From: Eledone cirrhosa
Lineage: Eukaryota
Direction: 5' to 3'
NCBI GenBank assembly: GCA_964016885.1
Contig: OZ024761.1
Span: 16,678,001 to 16,742,000, forward strand
DNA: 64,000 bases
Positions 23,530 through 37,996 of the stretch are shown piece by piece. The stretch's first letter is position 1. The number at the start of each line of letters is the position of its first letter. The notes under the pieces were generated by a model. The model did no database searches and was not told where the DNA came from. It was given only the letters and a program-made list of their open reading frames with translations. Both the position numbers and the translations under genes were made by a program.

Positions 23530-25250
23530 TAACAACACCAACACCAACACCTTTGCTACAAACGCCAACAACACTACCAACAGCAAGTAACACCACCACT
23601 ACCACCAACAACACCACTACCGCCACCAACAACACCACTACCGCCAACAACAACAGCACTACCACCACCAACACCACTACTACCGCCAACAACAACAGCA
23701 CTACCACCACCAACACCACTATTACCACCACCAACACCACTATTACCACCACCAACACCACTACCACCAACAACACCACTACCACCAACAACACCACTAC
23801 TACCACCACCAACACCACTATTACCACCACCAACACCACTATTACCAACACCACTACCACCACCAACAACACCACTACCACCACCAACAACACCACTACC
23901 ACCACCAACAACGCCACTACCACCACCAACAACAACACCACTACCATCAACACCAACACTACCCCACCAACAACACCACTACCGCCACCAACACCACTAC
24001 TACCGCCACCAACACCACTACCACCAACACCACTACCACCAACAACACCACTACCACTACCACAACACCACTACCACCAACATCCCCACTACCACCAACA
24101 ACACCACTACCACCACCAACACCACTACCACCAACAACAACACCACTACCACCACCAACAACGCCACTACCACCAACAACACCACTACCACCAACAACAC
24201 CACTACCACCACCAACAACACCACTACCACCAACAACAACACCACTACCACCACCAACAACACCACTACCACCAACAACACCACTACCACCAACAACACC
24301 ACTACCACCAACAACACCACTACCACCACCACCAACAACACCACTACCACCAACAACACCACTACCACCAACAACACCACTACCAACACCACTACCACCA
24401 ACACCACTACCACCAACAACAACACCACTACCACCACCACCAACACCACTACCACCAACAACACCACTACCACCAACACCACTACCACCAACAACGCCAC
24501 TACCACCAACAACACCACTACCACCACCAACACCACCACCAACAACAACACCACTACCACCAACAACACCACTACCACCAACACCACTACCACCACCAAC
24601 AACACCAGTACCACCACCACCAACAACAACACCACTACCACCAACAACACCACTACCACCACCAACACCACCACCAACAACAACACCACTACCACCAACA
24701 ACACCACTACCACCAACACCACTACCACCACCAACAACACCAGTACCACCACCAACACCACTACTACCGCCACCAACAACACCACTACCACCAACAACAA
24801 CACCACTACCACTACCACAACACCACTACCACCAACACCACTACCACCACCAACAACACCAGTACCACCACCAACACCACTACTACCGCCACCAACAACA
24901 CCACTACCACCAACAACAACACCACTACCACCAACAACAACACCACTACCGCCACCAACAACACCACTACCACCAACAACAACACCACTACCACAACACC
25001 ACTACCACCAACAACAACACCACTACCACCAACAACACCACTACCACCACCAACAACACCACTACCACTACCACAACACCATTACCACCAACAACACCAC
25101 CACTAACAACACCACTACCACCAACAACAACACCACTACCACCACCAACACCACCACTACCGCCACCAACAACAACACCACTACCACCAGCAACACCACC
25201 AACAACACCACTACCACCACCAACAACACCACTACCACCAACACCACACC
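23530..25250. repeat. ACC/AAC/ACT trinucleotide-mosaic satellite directly after the PIGL stop
   Basis: CAACACCACTACCAC-type units. Confidence 0.95.
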
Positions 25251-25424
25251 ATCTCCACTGTGTCACCCCTCGCATACCACCCCATCCCACCACCATCGCC
25301 ACACCTCACCTACCACAACACTACAACCTCCACCTCTCATGTACCATCACCTCCAGCCCCTCCCAACCTAAAACCTGTCAAATCTAAACAATCCATGTTT
25401 TTATTCCCAGTTGATCTCGATCTC

Positions 25425-25468
<44 letters not shown>

Positions 25469-25684
25469 ACTCTCTCTATCTCTCTCAATTACTCTCTATC
25501 TATCTATCACTCGTTCATTCTCTTTTGCCATGTCATTCTTTCTCTTTCACTCAATCAGTCTCTTTCCCTCTCTCACTCTCTCTATATATCACTCACACTT
25601 TCTCTCTCTATCCGTCATTCAGTCTCTTTAGTCTCTTTCTCTCTAGCTTATAAGAAGGCCAGATCATAGATCTACGCCTTGCTC

Positions 25685-26279
25685 ACACATATACACGCAC
25701 TCATGCATCCATATATACACACATACTCGTGCATACATATACACGCACTCATGCATACATATATACACACATACTCGTGCATACATATACACGCACTCAT
25801 GCATCCATATATACACACTCGTGCATATATATACACGCACTCATGCATACATATATACACACATACTCGTGCATACATATACACGCACTCATGCATCCAT
25901 ATATACACACTCGTGCATATATATACACGCACTCATGCATACATATACACGCACTCATGCATATATATACACGCACTCATGCATACATATACACGCACTC
26001 ATGCATATATATACACAAGCATTTACATACCTATACACACACACATACATACACTCTCTTTCCCACACACACCCTCATAGAAATGCACACATTCATGCAC
26101 TCTCATTCTGTCAAATAAATCACACAGCATACTTTCACATCCCCACACCCACACACACACACACATTCTATTCTCTTTCTTTCTCCCACACACATACATC
26201 ACACAACATACATAAAAACCCTCACTCACACAACATACATAAAAACCCTCACTCACACATTCTAACACACACACACACT

Positions 26280-26349
<70 letters not shown>

Positions 26350-27565
26350 GCACACATACATAGCTTCTCACACACACACTCACATACACACACACATACA
26401 CAAACTCGCTCATACACACACAAATTCACTCGCACACACACACCTATACAAACTTGCTCACACACTCACACCTACAAAGACATGTTCACACACACACACC
26501 TACACAAACATGTTTACACACCCACCGCTTTAAACTTGTTCACACACACACCTCTTTAAACTCACACATATATACACACCTTCGCAGAAATACACACACA
26601 TCTCTATAAACTCACTTACACACACAGCAACACAGGCTTACTCACACACACCTCTATAAACTCACTCACACACACATCTATAAATTCACTCACACACACA
26701 CACCTCTATAAACTTGCTCACACTGTCTCACACACACACACACCTCTATAAATTCACTCGCACACACACACACCTCTCTAAACTTGCTCACACACACACA
26801 CACACACACATCTATAAATTCACACACACACACACCTATAAATTCACTCACACTCACACACACACATCTATAAATTCACACACACACCTCTATAAATTCA
26901 CTCACACTCTCTCACACACACACCTCTATAAATTCACTCACACTCTCACACACACACACATCTATAAATTCACTCACACACACTCACACACACACACCTC
27001 TATAAATTCACTCACACACACTCACACACACACACCTCTATAAATTCACTCACACACACTCACACACACACCTCTCTAAACTTGCTCACACACACACATC
27101 TATAAATTCACACACACACACCTATAAATTCACTCACACTCTCACACACACATCTATAAATTCACGCACACACCTATAAATTCACTCACACTCTCTCACA
27201 CACACACCTCTATAAATTCACTCACACTCTCACACACACACACATCTATAAATTCACTCACACACACTCACACACACACACCTCTATAAATTCACTCACA
27301 CACACACACCTCTATAAATTCACTCACACACACTCACACACACACACCTCTATAAATTCACTCACACACACTCACACACACACACCTCTATAAATTCACT
27401 CACACACACTCACACACATCTATAAATTCACTCACACACACACACCTCTATAAATTCACTCACACTCTCTCACACACACACACACATCTATAAATTCACT
27501 CACACACACACACACACACCTATAAATTCACACACACATACACACACCTCTCTAAACTTGCTCAC
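25685..27565. repeat. CA-rich minisatellites (ACACGCACTCATGCAT units; TATAAATTCACTCACAC units) and (CT)n
   Basis: Visible tandem units. Confidence 0.9.
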
Positions 27566-27730
27566 AATTATCGAGACCCAGTAATAAACATTACCCCCAC
27601 TCCACCCCCACCCCCGGTTATATAAATATTGAAATATTTACTGTTTTGTCTGAAAATAAATTTATTGGAGAGAAAAATAAAAAAACGAAAAAAATATATT
27701 TTTTCACAATTCTAGAAATAATTTACATTG

Positions 27731-27765
<35 letters not shown>

Positions 27766-27773
27766 TAGATGAA

Positions 27774-28140
27774 GGGCGATGGATTGGCAGAATTGGTTGA
27801 GCGTCAGGCACTATGCTTCGCGGCACAGAGTTACAGTTCTTTAAGTTCTGGGTTCAAAGCCTGCTGAGCTTAGCTTTGCCTTTCATCATTATGGCTTCAA
27901 TAAAATAAAATACCAGTAACGCACTGGGATTAATTTAATCGACTTTCTACTTCCCTTCAAATTGCTGGCCTTGTGCTAAAAGTAGAAGCAATTATTATTA
28001 TTATTTCTATGTTAAAAGTGATGGATTGGCAGAAGCAGTGGAGCATCAGACATGCTTTGCAGCATAGTTATGTTCTGAGTTCAAATCCTGTTGAAGTCAA
28101 CTTTGCCTTTTAACCATCCAGGTCAGTAAAGTTCAAAAGT
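27774..28140 (+). mobile_element. Two type 1 SINEs
   Basis: GGATTGGCAGAA heads and GTTCAAA B boxes. Confidence 0.78.
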
Positions 28141-28893
28141 GGAATCAATTCTTCTACATTACTTTATCACTTCCTCTCACTCTCTCTCTGAAAGAAATTG
28201 GCTGGGATCAGACATGGAGCGGTTGTAGGCTCCGCCATACTTAAAATGCCCAAGACATGCCCCTATGACTCTATCAAGAGTTAGGGATTCATACATACAC
28301 ACAAGAAAAACCACCCAGTTCACACTGTAAAGTGATCATTTCGGTGCCATGATAAAATATACCAAGTCCATACTAACATGTTTGGTGTGAGGAAAGACAT
28401 CCAGCTAAAGAAACCTAGCCAAAATACAGATCCATATGAACAAGACATGACAACCTATCTAACTCATGTAAGCGTGGAAAATGGACATTAAACAATGATG
28501 ATGATACATAATGATGGCTGTATCACAGTTCGAGAACTGCTTTGCTTTGACCTTTTTCTCATACATAGGTGGCACAACATGATTTTTAGCCCTCCAAAGG
28601 TCTTAGAAAAGGCCATGCTCATGCAACACACGTGAAAGTCATTTAGATCAAGTGATACTGTGCTTGATGCTTTTTTGAAATGAAGAAAGGCCTTGCACTG
28701 GACCAATCCTACTCTCTAAACAACAGTGACATGGATATACTTGGTTTGGTGGCCGGGCATTCGGTTAGCCCTCTGTGAGGGAGAGACCTCTTGTTCTTGT
28801 TAGGACATCATTCTAGGAGAAAGAAAACTGATGTAAATCCTGCAACTTAATGGCAGACAATGATGTTGACCTGTTCTACTTTTTGGATATACA

Positions 28894-29715
28894 TACGAGG
28901 CTAGGCTGACTATGAAGAAGTGATGCTAGAGCTGGGGAATCTTACATGCATTAATTTCAACTCTTCTTATTAATAACTGCATTGTTTCTCTCCGAACTGA
29001 CATGTGATTGTTCAAAGAAGACTTCAGAAGTAACTAGTAACAACTTCTCTTGAAAATCGACAAAATTTGGCATCATGGTTATATCAAGTACTTGCAGAAA
29101 AAGGGTTTAGCCCCCAAGGATATTCATGCTGACATGGTTGCTACATTAGGGGATGATGCTCCAGTTTCATCAACAGTGCAAAAGTGGGCGGCTAAATTTA
29201 TGAAGGGAAAGGAGAGGCTTTAAGATGAACCATGGTCTCGACATCCTGCAACTGCCACCACCAAAGAAAACAGACGATTGACTATAAATCAAATAGCCAA
29301 TGCTATTAGTGTATCCTGTGAGAGAGTTGAGAATATTCTGCACAATGAACTTGGCTTGACAATTGTTTTTACTCAGTGGGTGCCACATCTTCTGACAACT
29401 GACCAAAAGAGCACCAGGCTGATCGCATCACAAGAAAATCTGTCAGATTCAGTAGGTTTTCTTGAATTTTTCCTAACCAGGATGAGCAAGAGACAAAAAG
29501 ACAATCCATGCAGTGGAAACACCCCTCCTCACTTGCTCCAAAGAAGGCAAAGGTAATTTCATCTTTAGTGAATATAATGGCTTCATTTTGGTGGGATGCA
29601 AAAGGCATTGTGTTTATTGACTATCTTCAAAAGGACCCCGCCGTCAATGGAAAGTATACCAACCTGCTAAGGCAGTTATGAAAGGCTATGAAGACCAAAC
29701 ACTCAATGAAAAGAT
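28894..29715 (+). mobile_element. Decayed mariner transposon (partial transposase pseudogene)
   Basis: Translates to IKYLQKKGLAPKDIHADMVATLGDDAP, WVPHLLT and WDAKGIVFIDYLQK with stops and frameshifts; left end matches the MITEs. Confidence 0.9.
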
Positions 29716-30234
29716 ATTCCAGAAATAACTACAATAATAGCAATCCATACAATTTGTGGGATGGGGTGATAAAATCCATGTAGTTATGAGGGGATCATGT
29801 CACAAAAGCTAAGGATGTTTTGATCAAATTTGACCTCATCAGAGAAGTATGTTCAGCACTGGTGGTTAAACATAGAGATGATCATTATGTATTTTTATAT
29901 GCTAGCCTGGAAAAGCGGATGTAAAAACGATATACATATGTGTGTGTATATATATATTTATGTGTGTATGTATATTTATGTGTATGTATGTATATGTGTG
30001 TATATTATATATATATATATATAAGTGTGTGTGTGTGTATGTATGAGAGTATGTGTACATATGTATATGGTGATGGGTGGCAAGGAGATGTGGAACCTGA
30101 TACCATCAGGGAAGTGGCCATGTTGGATATTATGAAGGGGGGGGGGGGCAGAAGTTGCATAAGATGCACACATAATCTACTACAGACACATCAACATCAT
30201 TTAGCATCTATTTCCTCTGCTAAAAGGAAAATTG

Positions 30235-30441
30235 CCAGAACAAGGGAGAGACACAAACTAACAACAAAGGTAGTCACTGAAGAGGTCATAGAATGTGTGA
30301 CAAAAGAGCTTTGACAATCAATAACTCGACAACCATCTGGTTATCAAACTAACAGACTAGAAGTTTATAATAAATTGAAGTGAAAACCAACAGGTGCATG
30401 TGTTTTTATTGGTAGTATGACATTCCCAAATTATAACAATA
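30235..30441 (+). mobile_element. Family C diverged copy
   Basis: GTCACTGAAGAGGTCA...AAATTGAAGTGAAA...CCCAAATTATAACAAT; GAAA core mutated to AAAA. Confidence 0.6.
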
Positions 30442-31265
30442 TATATATAGTATGCACTACCCCATCCCATACATCTCCCATGAGGACAAGCTGAAGTTTA
30501 CATCCAGTGAAGCCTCCAGCCAACACTGTAAAGTGGTCATGATGGCAACACCACAGAAAGCGCCTAGCCCACACTAAAAAGTAGGGTTGTGATAATGACA
30601 TCACAAAAAATGTCAGGCCACACTGTAAAGGGGTTGTGTAGGTGTCATGACAAAAAGCACCCAGTACTCATTTTAAATGAGGTTGGCTCTCATAAGGGGA
30701 TCCAGCAGTAGAAACCAAGCCAATATCAGTTCTGTAAGGGCAAGACATGGCTACCTGACCTGGCATTTCTCACAAGAGGGCAACTGATCTAACCCATGTT
30801 AGCGTGGTAAATTGGACGTTAAATGGTGATGATGATATGACTTCTACAGGGCTCAAACTGTTTCATTCTTATGAAATCATCAGGAATGTCCTGACAGCTC
30901 TAGTCCTGTAGAAGTCATTTCTATATATAATAAAAATGGCTATACTCTACCAACGTAATGAGTACCTTTTTTAATTGTGGTTACCCCCACCACACCACAC
31001 CACACCTGACACAACACATATATATGTGTGTGTGTGTGTGTACATGTTTATATGTGAGTACCCAGAGCTTATGAGAGGGGGGGGTCCAGCTGGTACTTTG
31101 TTCCAGGGCCCAAGAACTAAGTCTCCACGGCAACCATGCAGCATCCATTTTGAGAAAAATCTGTGCCTGCTTCGGGGCCTCAAAGGAGTCTTGTACCGCC
31201 TTGTAAAATTTCTCTTGGAGGCCCTGTGTGTGTGTGTGTGTTTGTATATATATATATATATAGAA

Positions 31266-31302
<37 letters not shown>

Positions 31303-31305
<3 letters not shown>

Positions 31306-31521
31306 GAAGTGCCAGGAAATGCCAGTTGAAGGAAGACGTGGTAGAGGTAGACTACGAAAAACATGGGCGGAGGTGGTGAGAACAGACCTCAGATCATTGA
31401 AGCTCACGGTGGAGATGACGTGGGACCGTGACGAGTGGAGAGATGCTGTGCTGAATAAGACCCGTCCCACCCTTGCAAGCAGGGAAAAGCGGACGTAAAA
31501 TGATGATGATGATGATGATGA
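31303..31521 (+). mobile_element. RTE 3' fragment
   Basis: KKCQEMPVEGRRGRGRLRKTWAEVVRTDL; (TGA)n tail; near-identical to 36002-36230 (-). Confidence 0.88.
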
Positions 31522-31522
31522 T

Positions 31523-31657
31523 ATAGGAAAAGAGTCAGGACGCCGACGGCAGAGCTCCGGCCGTTTCGACAGCCAGATCCCCCACTCTACTACCCTAAGT
31601 ATCGAGTACTCTGGTGTGTTATGGTCCACCTGGTTTCTTACCACACTTTCTTTGTTA
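31523..31657 (+). mobile_element. Family A diverged copy (inverted arm + tail)
   Basis: GAGCTC..GCCGTTTCGAC then CCACTCTACTACC...TTATGGTCCACCTGG. Confidence 0.6.
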
Positions 31658-32300
31658 TATATATATATACATATATAGGCACTAGGTCGCGTTTGTACAC
31701 ACGTGTTTAGAAACGTGCGTGTATAAATGAGAGTACACATAGCGGGTATATAGGGAGAGAGATAGCAGGTAGAGAGAGAGAGAGAGAGATACCGGGTAGA
31801 TAGATAGATTGATAGTGACAGTCAAACTGAGAGAAAGATATCGGGTAAATAGCGAGAGTAAGAGAAAGAGTGTGAATGATGGTGGATAAATAGAGAGGGA
31901 AAGAGAAGGAAAGAAAGCGAAACAGTGAATAGACGCGCACACACACACATACACATACACACCTATACGCAAATGAAAAACCATCTAGGTGGTCACCCAA
32001 CTTGCTAGATAGAGTAGCCAAATATCTCGTTCGGAGGGAATTAGGACATATGAAATAGCGCAGTCTGGGGTACACTTCACCTGGGGGAAAAAAGGCGGGA
32101 TGGTCACAGTTAGAAATCGTTTCATCATAAGTCTGCTCCATCATGTCTGACCTAGGGCTAAACAGCCACCACCATCAAACACATATAGTGGTCACAGCAT
32201 AATGTTCACACATACACATATATATATGTATTATACATATATATAATATATATATATATACATATATAATATATATATATATATACATACACACACACAC

Positions 32301-32358
<58 letters not shown>

Positions 32359-32625
32359 GTGTGTGTGTGTATATTCTGCGCACGCATAAGTGTGTGAAAG
32401 AAAGAGAGATAGTGAAATAGTAAACAGACGTACATATACATACACACACACATATATATATATACCGGTAACACAAACATACATTTATATACATACACAC
32501 TGCGCGCGCACATGTGTGTGAAAGAGACAGAGAGGGAAAGAGATATTAGACAGAGAGAGAGAGAAAGCGGAAACGCACACATATATAAATAGAGCAGTAC
32601 ATAAACAAACATAACATACAATGTT

Positions 32626-32639
<14 letters not shown>

Positions 32640-32669
<30 letters not shown>

Positions 32670-33198
32670 ACGTTCATGTATATATGTATGTATAAACACA
32701 TACAAAAAAAGATGGCAGTGATACACATATACATAACACAGACACACACATACACACGACATACACACACACAACATAGATACATAGACACACACACACA
32801 ACATAGACACACACACACACACACCATAGACACACACAACATAGACACATACACACACAACATAGACACATACACACACACACACAACATAGACACACAC
32901 ACACACACACACAACATAGACACACACACACACACAACATAGACACATACACACACACACACACACAACATAGACACATACACACACAACATAGACACAC
33001 ACACACACAACATAGACACACCCACACACACAACATAGTCACACACACAACATAGACACATACACACACAACATAGACACACACACCCAACATAGACACA
33101 CCCACACACACAACATAGACACATACATACATAACATAGACACACACATACAACATAGACACACACACCCACACACACATACACACACACACACACAC
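32640..33198. repeat. (CAACATAGA(CA)n) minisatellite
   Basis: Visible tandem units. Confidence 0.9.
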
Positions 33199-33267
33199 AA
33201 TGGTGAAGTGTTCCTCTGTGAGACTGTAAAAGACAGTAGCATTAAGTGGGTCAAATGATCTGGCCAG

Positions 33268-35520
33268 TGGTTGGTGGTGGTGGTGGTGGTGGTGGTGGTG
33301 GTATTGTGGTAGTGGTGGTGGTGGTGGTGGTGGTGGTATTGTGGTAGTGGTGGTGGTGGTGATAGTTGTGTTGTTATTGTGGTAGTGGTGGTGGTGGTGG
33401 TGGTGATAGTTGTGTTGTTATTGTGGTAGTGGTGGTGGTGGTGGTGTTGATGGTGATAGTTGTGTTGTTATTGTGGTAGTGGTGGTGGTGGTGGTGGTGA
33501 TAGTTGTGTTGTTATTGTGGTAGTGGTGGTGGTGGTGGTGGTGATAGTTGTGTTGTTATTGTGGTAGTGGTGGTGGTGGTGGTGATAGTTGTGTTGTTAT
33601 TGTGGTAGTGGTGGTGGTGATAGTTGTGTTGTTATTGTGGTAGTGGTGGTGGTGGTGGTGGTGGTGGTGGTGGTGGTGGTGGTGATAGTTGTGTTGTTAT
33701 TGTGGTAGTGGTGGTGGTGATGGTGGTGGTGGTGATAGTTGTGTTGTTATTGTGGTAGTGGTGGTGGTGGTGGTGATAGTTGTGTTGTTATTGTGGTAGT
33801 GGTGGTGGTGGTGGTGGTGATAGTTGTGTTGTTATTGTGGTAGTGGTGGTGGTGGTGGTGGTGATAGTTGTGTTGTTATTGTGGTAGTGGTGGTGGTGGT
33901 GGTGATAGTTGTGTTGTTATTGTGGTAGTGGTGGTGGTGATAGTTGTGTTGTTATTGTGGTAGTGGTGGTGGTGGTGGTGGTGGTGGTGGTGGTGGTGAT
34001 AGTTGTGTTGTTATTGTGGTAGTGGTGGTGGTGATGGTGGTGGTGGTGATAGTTGTGTTGTTATTGTGGTAGTGGTGGTGGTGGTGGTGGTGATAGTTGT
34101 GTTGTTATTGTGGTAGTGGTGGTGGTGGTGGTGGTGATAGTTGTGTTGTTATTGTGGTAGTGGTGGTGGTGGTGGTGATAGTTGTGTTGTTATTGTGGTA
34201 GTGGTGGTGGTGATAGTTGTGTTGTTATTGTGGTAGTGGTGGTGGTGGTGGTGGTGGTGGTGGTGGTGGTGGTGGTGATAGTTGTGTTGTTATTGTGGTA
34301 GTGGTGGTGGTGATGGTGGTGGTGGTGATAGTTGTGTTGTTATTGTGGTAGTGGTGGTGGTGGTGGTGATAGTTGTGTTGTTATTGTGGTAGTGGTGGTG
34401 GTGGTGGTGGTGATAGTTGTGTTGTTATTGTGGTAGTGGTGGTGGTGGTGGTGGTGGTGGTGGTGGTGATGGTGGTGGTGATAGTTGTGTTGTTATTGTG
34501 GTAGTGGTGGTGGTGGTGGTGGTGGTGATAGTTGTGTTGTTATTGTGGTAGTGGTGGTGGTGGTGGTGGTGATAGTTGTGTTGTTATTGTGGTAGTGGTG
34601 GTGGTGGTGGTGGTGGTGGTGATAGTTGTGTTGTTATTGTGGTAGTGGTGGTGGTGGTGGTGGTGATAGTTGTGCTGTTATTGTGGTAGTGGTGGTGGTG
34701 GTGGTGGTGGTGGTGGTGGTGGTGGTGATAGTTGTGTTGTTATTGTGGTAGTGGTGGTGGTGGTGTTGGTGGTGATAGTTGTGTTGTTATTGTGGTAGTG
34801 GTGGTGGTGGTGATAGTTGTGTTGTTATTGTGGTAGTGGTGGTGGTGGTGGTGGTGATAGTTGTGTTGTTATTGTGGTAGTGGTGGTGGTGATGGTGGTG
34901 GTGGTGATAGTTGTGTTGTTATTGTGGTAGTGGTGGTGGTGGTGGTGGTGATAGTTGTGTTGTTATTGTGGTAGTGGTGGTGGTGGTGGTGGTGGTGATA
35001 GTTGTGTTGTTATTGTGGTAGTGGTGGTGGTGGTGGTGGTGGTGATAGTTGTGTTGTTATTGTGGTAGTGGTGGTGGTGGTGGTGGTGGTGGTGATAGTT
35101 GTGTTGTTATTGTGGTAGTGGTGGTGGTGGTGGTGGTGGTGATAGTTGTGTTGTAGTGGTGATAGTTGTGGTGGTGGTGGTGGTGGTGATAGTTGTGATG
35201 GTTGTGGTGGTGGTGGTGGTGATAGTTGTGTTGTAGTGGTGATAGTTGTGGTGGCGGTGATAGTTGTGTTGTAGTGGTGATAGTTGTGGTGGTGGTGGTG
35301 GTGATAGTTGTGGCGGTGGTGGTGGTGGTGATAGTTGTGTTGTAATGGTGATAGTTGTGGTGGTGGTGGTGGTGATAGTTGTGATGGTTGTGGTGGTGGT
35401 GGTGATAGTTGTGTTGTAGTGGTGATAGTTGTGGTGGTGGTGATAGTTGTGTTGTAGTGGTGATGGTTGTGGTGGTGGTGGTGGTGGTGATAGTTGTGTT
35501 GTAAGGGTGGTGGTGTTGGT
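33268..35520. repeat. Minisatellite GATAGTTGTGTTGTTATTGTGGTAGT + variable (GGT)n
   Basis: Constant 26-nt block alternating with variable-length GGT runs. Confidence 0.95.
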
Positions 35521-36000
35521 GGTAATGATGATGGTAGTGTTGATTGTGGTGTTGGTGTTGGTGGTCGTGGTGTGGATGGTGTTGAGGTGGCAGTGTGTTT
35601 GCTTTATGGTAGTGATGCTGTTTCTGTTGATGCTTTCTGGTGATGCTTGTGTTGGTGTTGTTGATGTTGGTGTTGGTTGTGGTATGTTTGTGTTGTGCTG
35701 TTTCTGTTGGTGTTGGTGGTCTTATTAAGTGAAATTGTCATCTGATGAACCACCAATTAACTGTGAAACATCTAAAGGTAATCCCTCCTTTATTTCCTTC
35801 TGAATGAAGGAAATAGCAAAATGTTTTTACATTTGTTTACATTTCCGCAGAAAGGCTTATAAACATTTTATTTTTATTAAAATCTCTCTCTATCTCTATA
35901 TTTCACTCTCTTGGTATGTGTCTTTTATCTTACCCTATATACTTGCTTCAACACATCTATGTATATGGGTACACACACACACACCTATATATAGATATAT

Positions 36001-36001
<1 letters not shown>

Positions 36002-36032
<31 letters not shown>

Positions 36033-36570
36033 TTTACGTCCGCTTTTCCCTGCTTGCAAGGGTGGGACGGGTCCTATTCAGCACAGCATCTCTCCACTTC
36101 TCACGGTCCCTCGTCATCTCCACCGTGAGCTTCAATGATCTAAGGTCTGTTCTCACCACCTCCGCCCATGTTTTTCGTGGTCTACCTCTACCACATCTTC
36201 CTCCAACTGGCATTTCCTGGCACTTCTTCACCCATCAGTCATCCTCCATGCGCATCACATGTCCATACCACCTCAATCTCCTCTCCCGTACACTACATTC
36301 TATCCCTCTCAGACAGTTTCTCTCTCAACACATTCATGCTGGGTCGTTCACGCACATTTACACTGCACATCCAACAGAGCATGCTTGCTTCATTTCTCTC
36401 CAGCCGTCGCGTATCCTCTGCAGTTGCTGCCCATGTCTCACTACCATGCAGCATCGCACATCTCACACAGGCATCATACAACCGGCCTTTCGTACGCAGG
36501 GAGACACCCTTCTTTGTCTCCAGAGGAAGCAGCTCCCTAAATTTCTTCTAATCAACCTGTCCTTATTCTA
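36002..36570 (-). mobile_element. RTE 3' fragment
   Basis: YDACVRCAMLHGSETW..ERNEASML..GRGRPRKTWAEVV; (TGA)n tail. Confidence 0.9.
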
Positions 36571-37008
36571 GATGCTATGGCCCTAGAACCCCCCCCCCTC
36601 CCATATATATATATAAGGAGCAGGAAAACTCTGTATCTTAAGGATACCAACAATGGTGAAACCACAAATGTAGAATCCCACATCAGTAGCCAGATCCACA
36701 TGTTTCACAGGAGGGATTTTCAACCCATAGGTTGAAATTCCTCCGGTGAAACACATCTCCTCGCATATAGTTTGCTAATTTGTTGTGGAACTAACTCTAT
36801 ACCGAACTTGTCCTTTGAACTGAGTGTTCTACCAACTTCGTATATAACCTCCTGGTCTTTTACCACTATATATATATAGTGGTATATATATATATATATA
36901 TATATACCACTATATATATATAGTGGTATATATATATATATATATATTTGATATATATTTATCCTTATTGAGCCCTCTTTGGATTTTAGTCTTCAAATTT
37001 ATTATTAT

Positions 37009-37037
<29 letters not shown>

Positions 37038-37044
<7 letters not shown>

Positions 37045-37332
37045 ATACTTGGGGAGGGTCATATTTGTGTAATATTGCCAGAATTAATAACAGAACACAC
37101 TCACTGTTTGGTTGGTTTTCGCTTTTCGCTTCTGTGAGTCAGTCAATGGCAACATTGAGGACCGAATAAATTAGATTACCGATATAAAAGACACAGAAGC
37201 GAAAAGCGAAAAGTAACCAAACAGTGAGTGTGTTCTGTTATTAATTCTGACAATATTACACAAATATGACCCTCCCCAAGTATAACAATATTTGTTTCGA
37301 CACACGTTTTCATATAAAAAACCTCGCAAAAC
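37038..37332 (+). mobile_element. Family C-related hairpin element (~100-bp arms, ~54-nt spacer, ~42-bp tail)
   Basis: 37038-37137 inverted to 37192-37290; shares ATGACCCTCCC.AAGTATAACAATA and a similar tail with 8529-8600; within (TA)n. Confidence 0.65.
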
Positions 37333-37353
37333 TATATATATATATATATATAA

Positions 37354-37522
37354 CAATGATATTAAAATGGAAACTATATTTATAAAACCATATTTATTCT
37401 ATTATATATATTTCAAGGGTACCAAAGTTTTATAAATATAGTTTCCATTTTAATATCATTGATATTATACTCCAGAAAATCAGTTGAGTGCTTCAAATCT
37501 GTTATAAATATATTTGTTGAAG
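37354..37522 (+). mobile_element. Family D collapsed hairpin copy with tail
   Basis: CAATGATATTAAAATGGAAACTATATTTATAAAAC inverted at 37427-37461, followed by the tail seen inverted at ~44385-44445. Confidence 0.6.
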
Positions 37523-37664
37523 GTGCTTTTTTGTCATGACACCTCCACGACCACTTTGCAGTGGTAGGGGAGAGGAAAGTTGGGTATATATATATATATG
37601 ATATATATATATATATAAATGATGATATAGTCGGGTATATATATATATATATATACCTGACTAT

Positions 37665-37996
37665 ATCATCATTTTACATCCACTTTTCCCTGCTTGCAAG
37701 GGTGGGACGGGAACTGATCCTGGCTTGATTTCTACAGCTGGATGCCCTTCCTAACACCAACCTCATTTACAGTGAGTGCTGGGTGCTTTTTTTGCCATAG
37801 CACCTCCATGACCACTTTGCAGTGGAATGATAGGGACCCCAGTCCCTATCATCTCATTTCTACAGCTGAGTAAACTGGAGCAATGTGGAATAAAGTGATT
37901 TGCTCAAGGAAACAACACATCACCTGGTCTGAGAATTGAACTCACAACCTTTCGATTGCAAGGCCAATGCTCTAACCACTAAGCCATTCGCCTCCA
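37665..37996 (-). mobile_element. tRNA-derived SINE, type 2, with RTE-derived 3' tail
   Basis: Minus strand TGGCTTAGTGGTTAGAGC..GAGTTCAATTCTC head; tail ends like the RTE copies (CTTGCAAGCAGGGAAAAG..TGATGAT); other copies at 22853-23170 (+) and 21448-21600 (+). Confidence 0.82.

Noticed and set aside
23520-25106. 528-aa Thr/His/Gln-rich ORF overlapping the PIGL stop
   Set aside because: Stop-free only because of the ACC/AAC repeat; GTG start; register drifts between frames; in-frame readthrough of PIGL meets TAA two codons later
33268-35150. Repeat-spacer pattern
   Set aside because: Spacers are only (GGT)n, so this is a minisatellite
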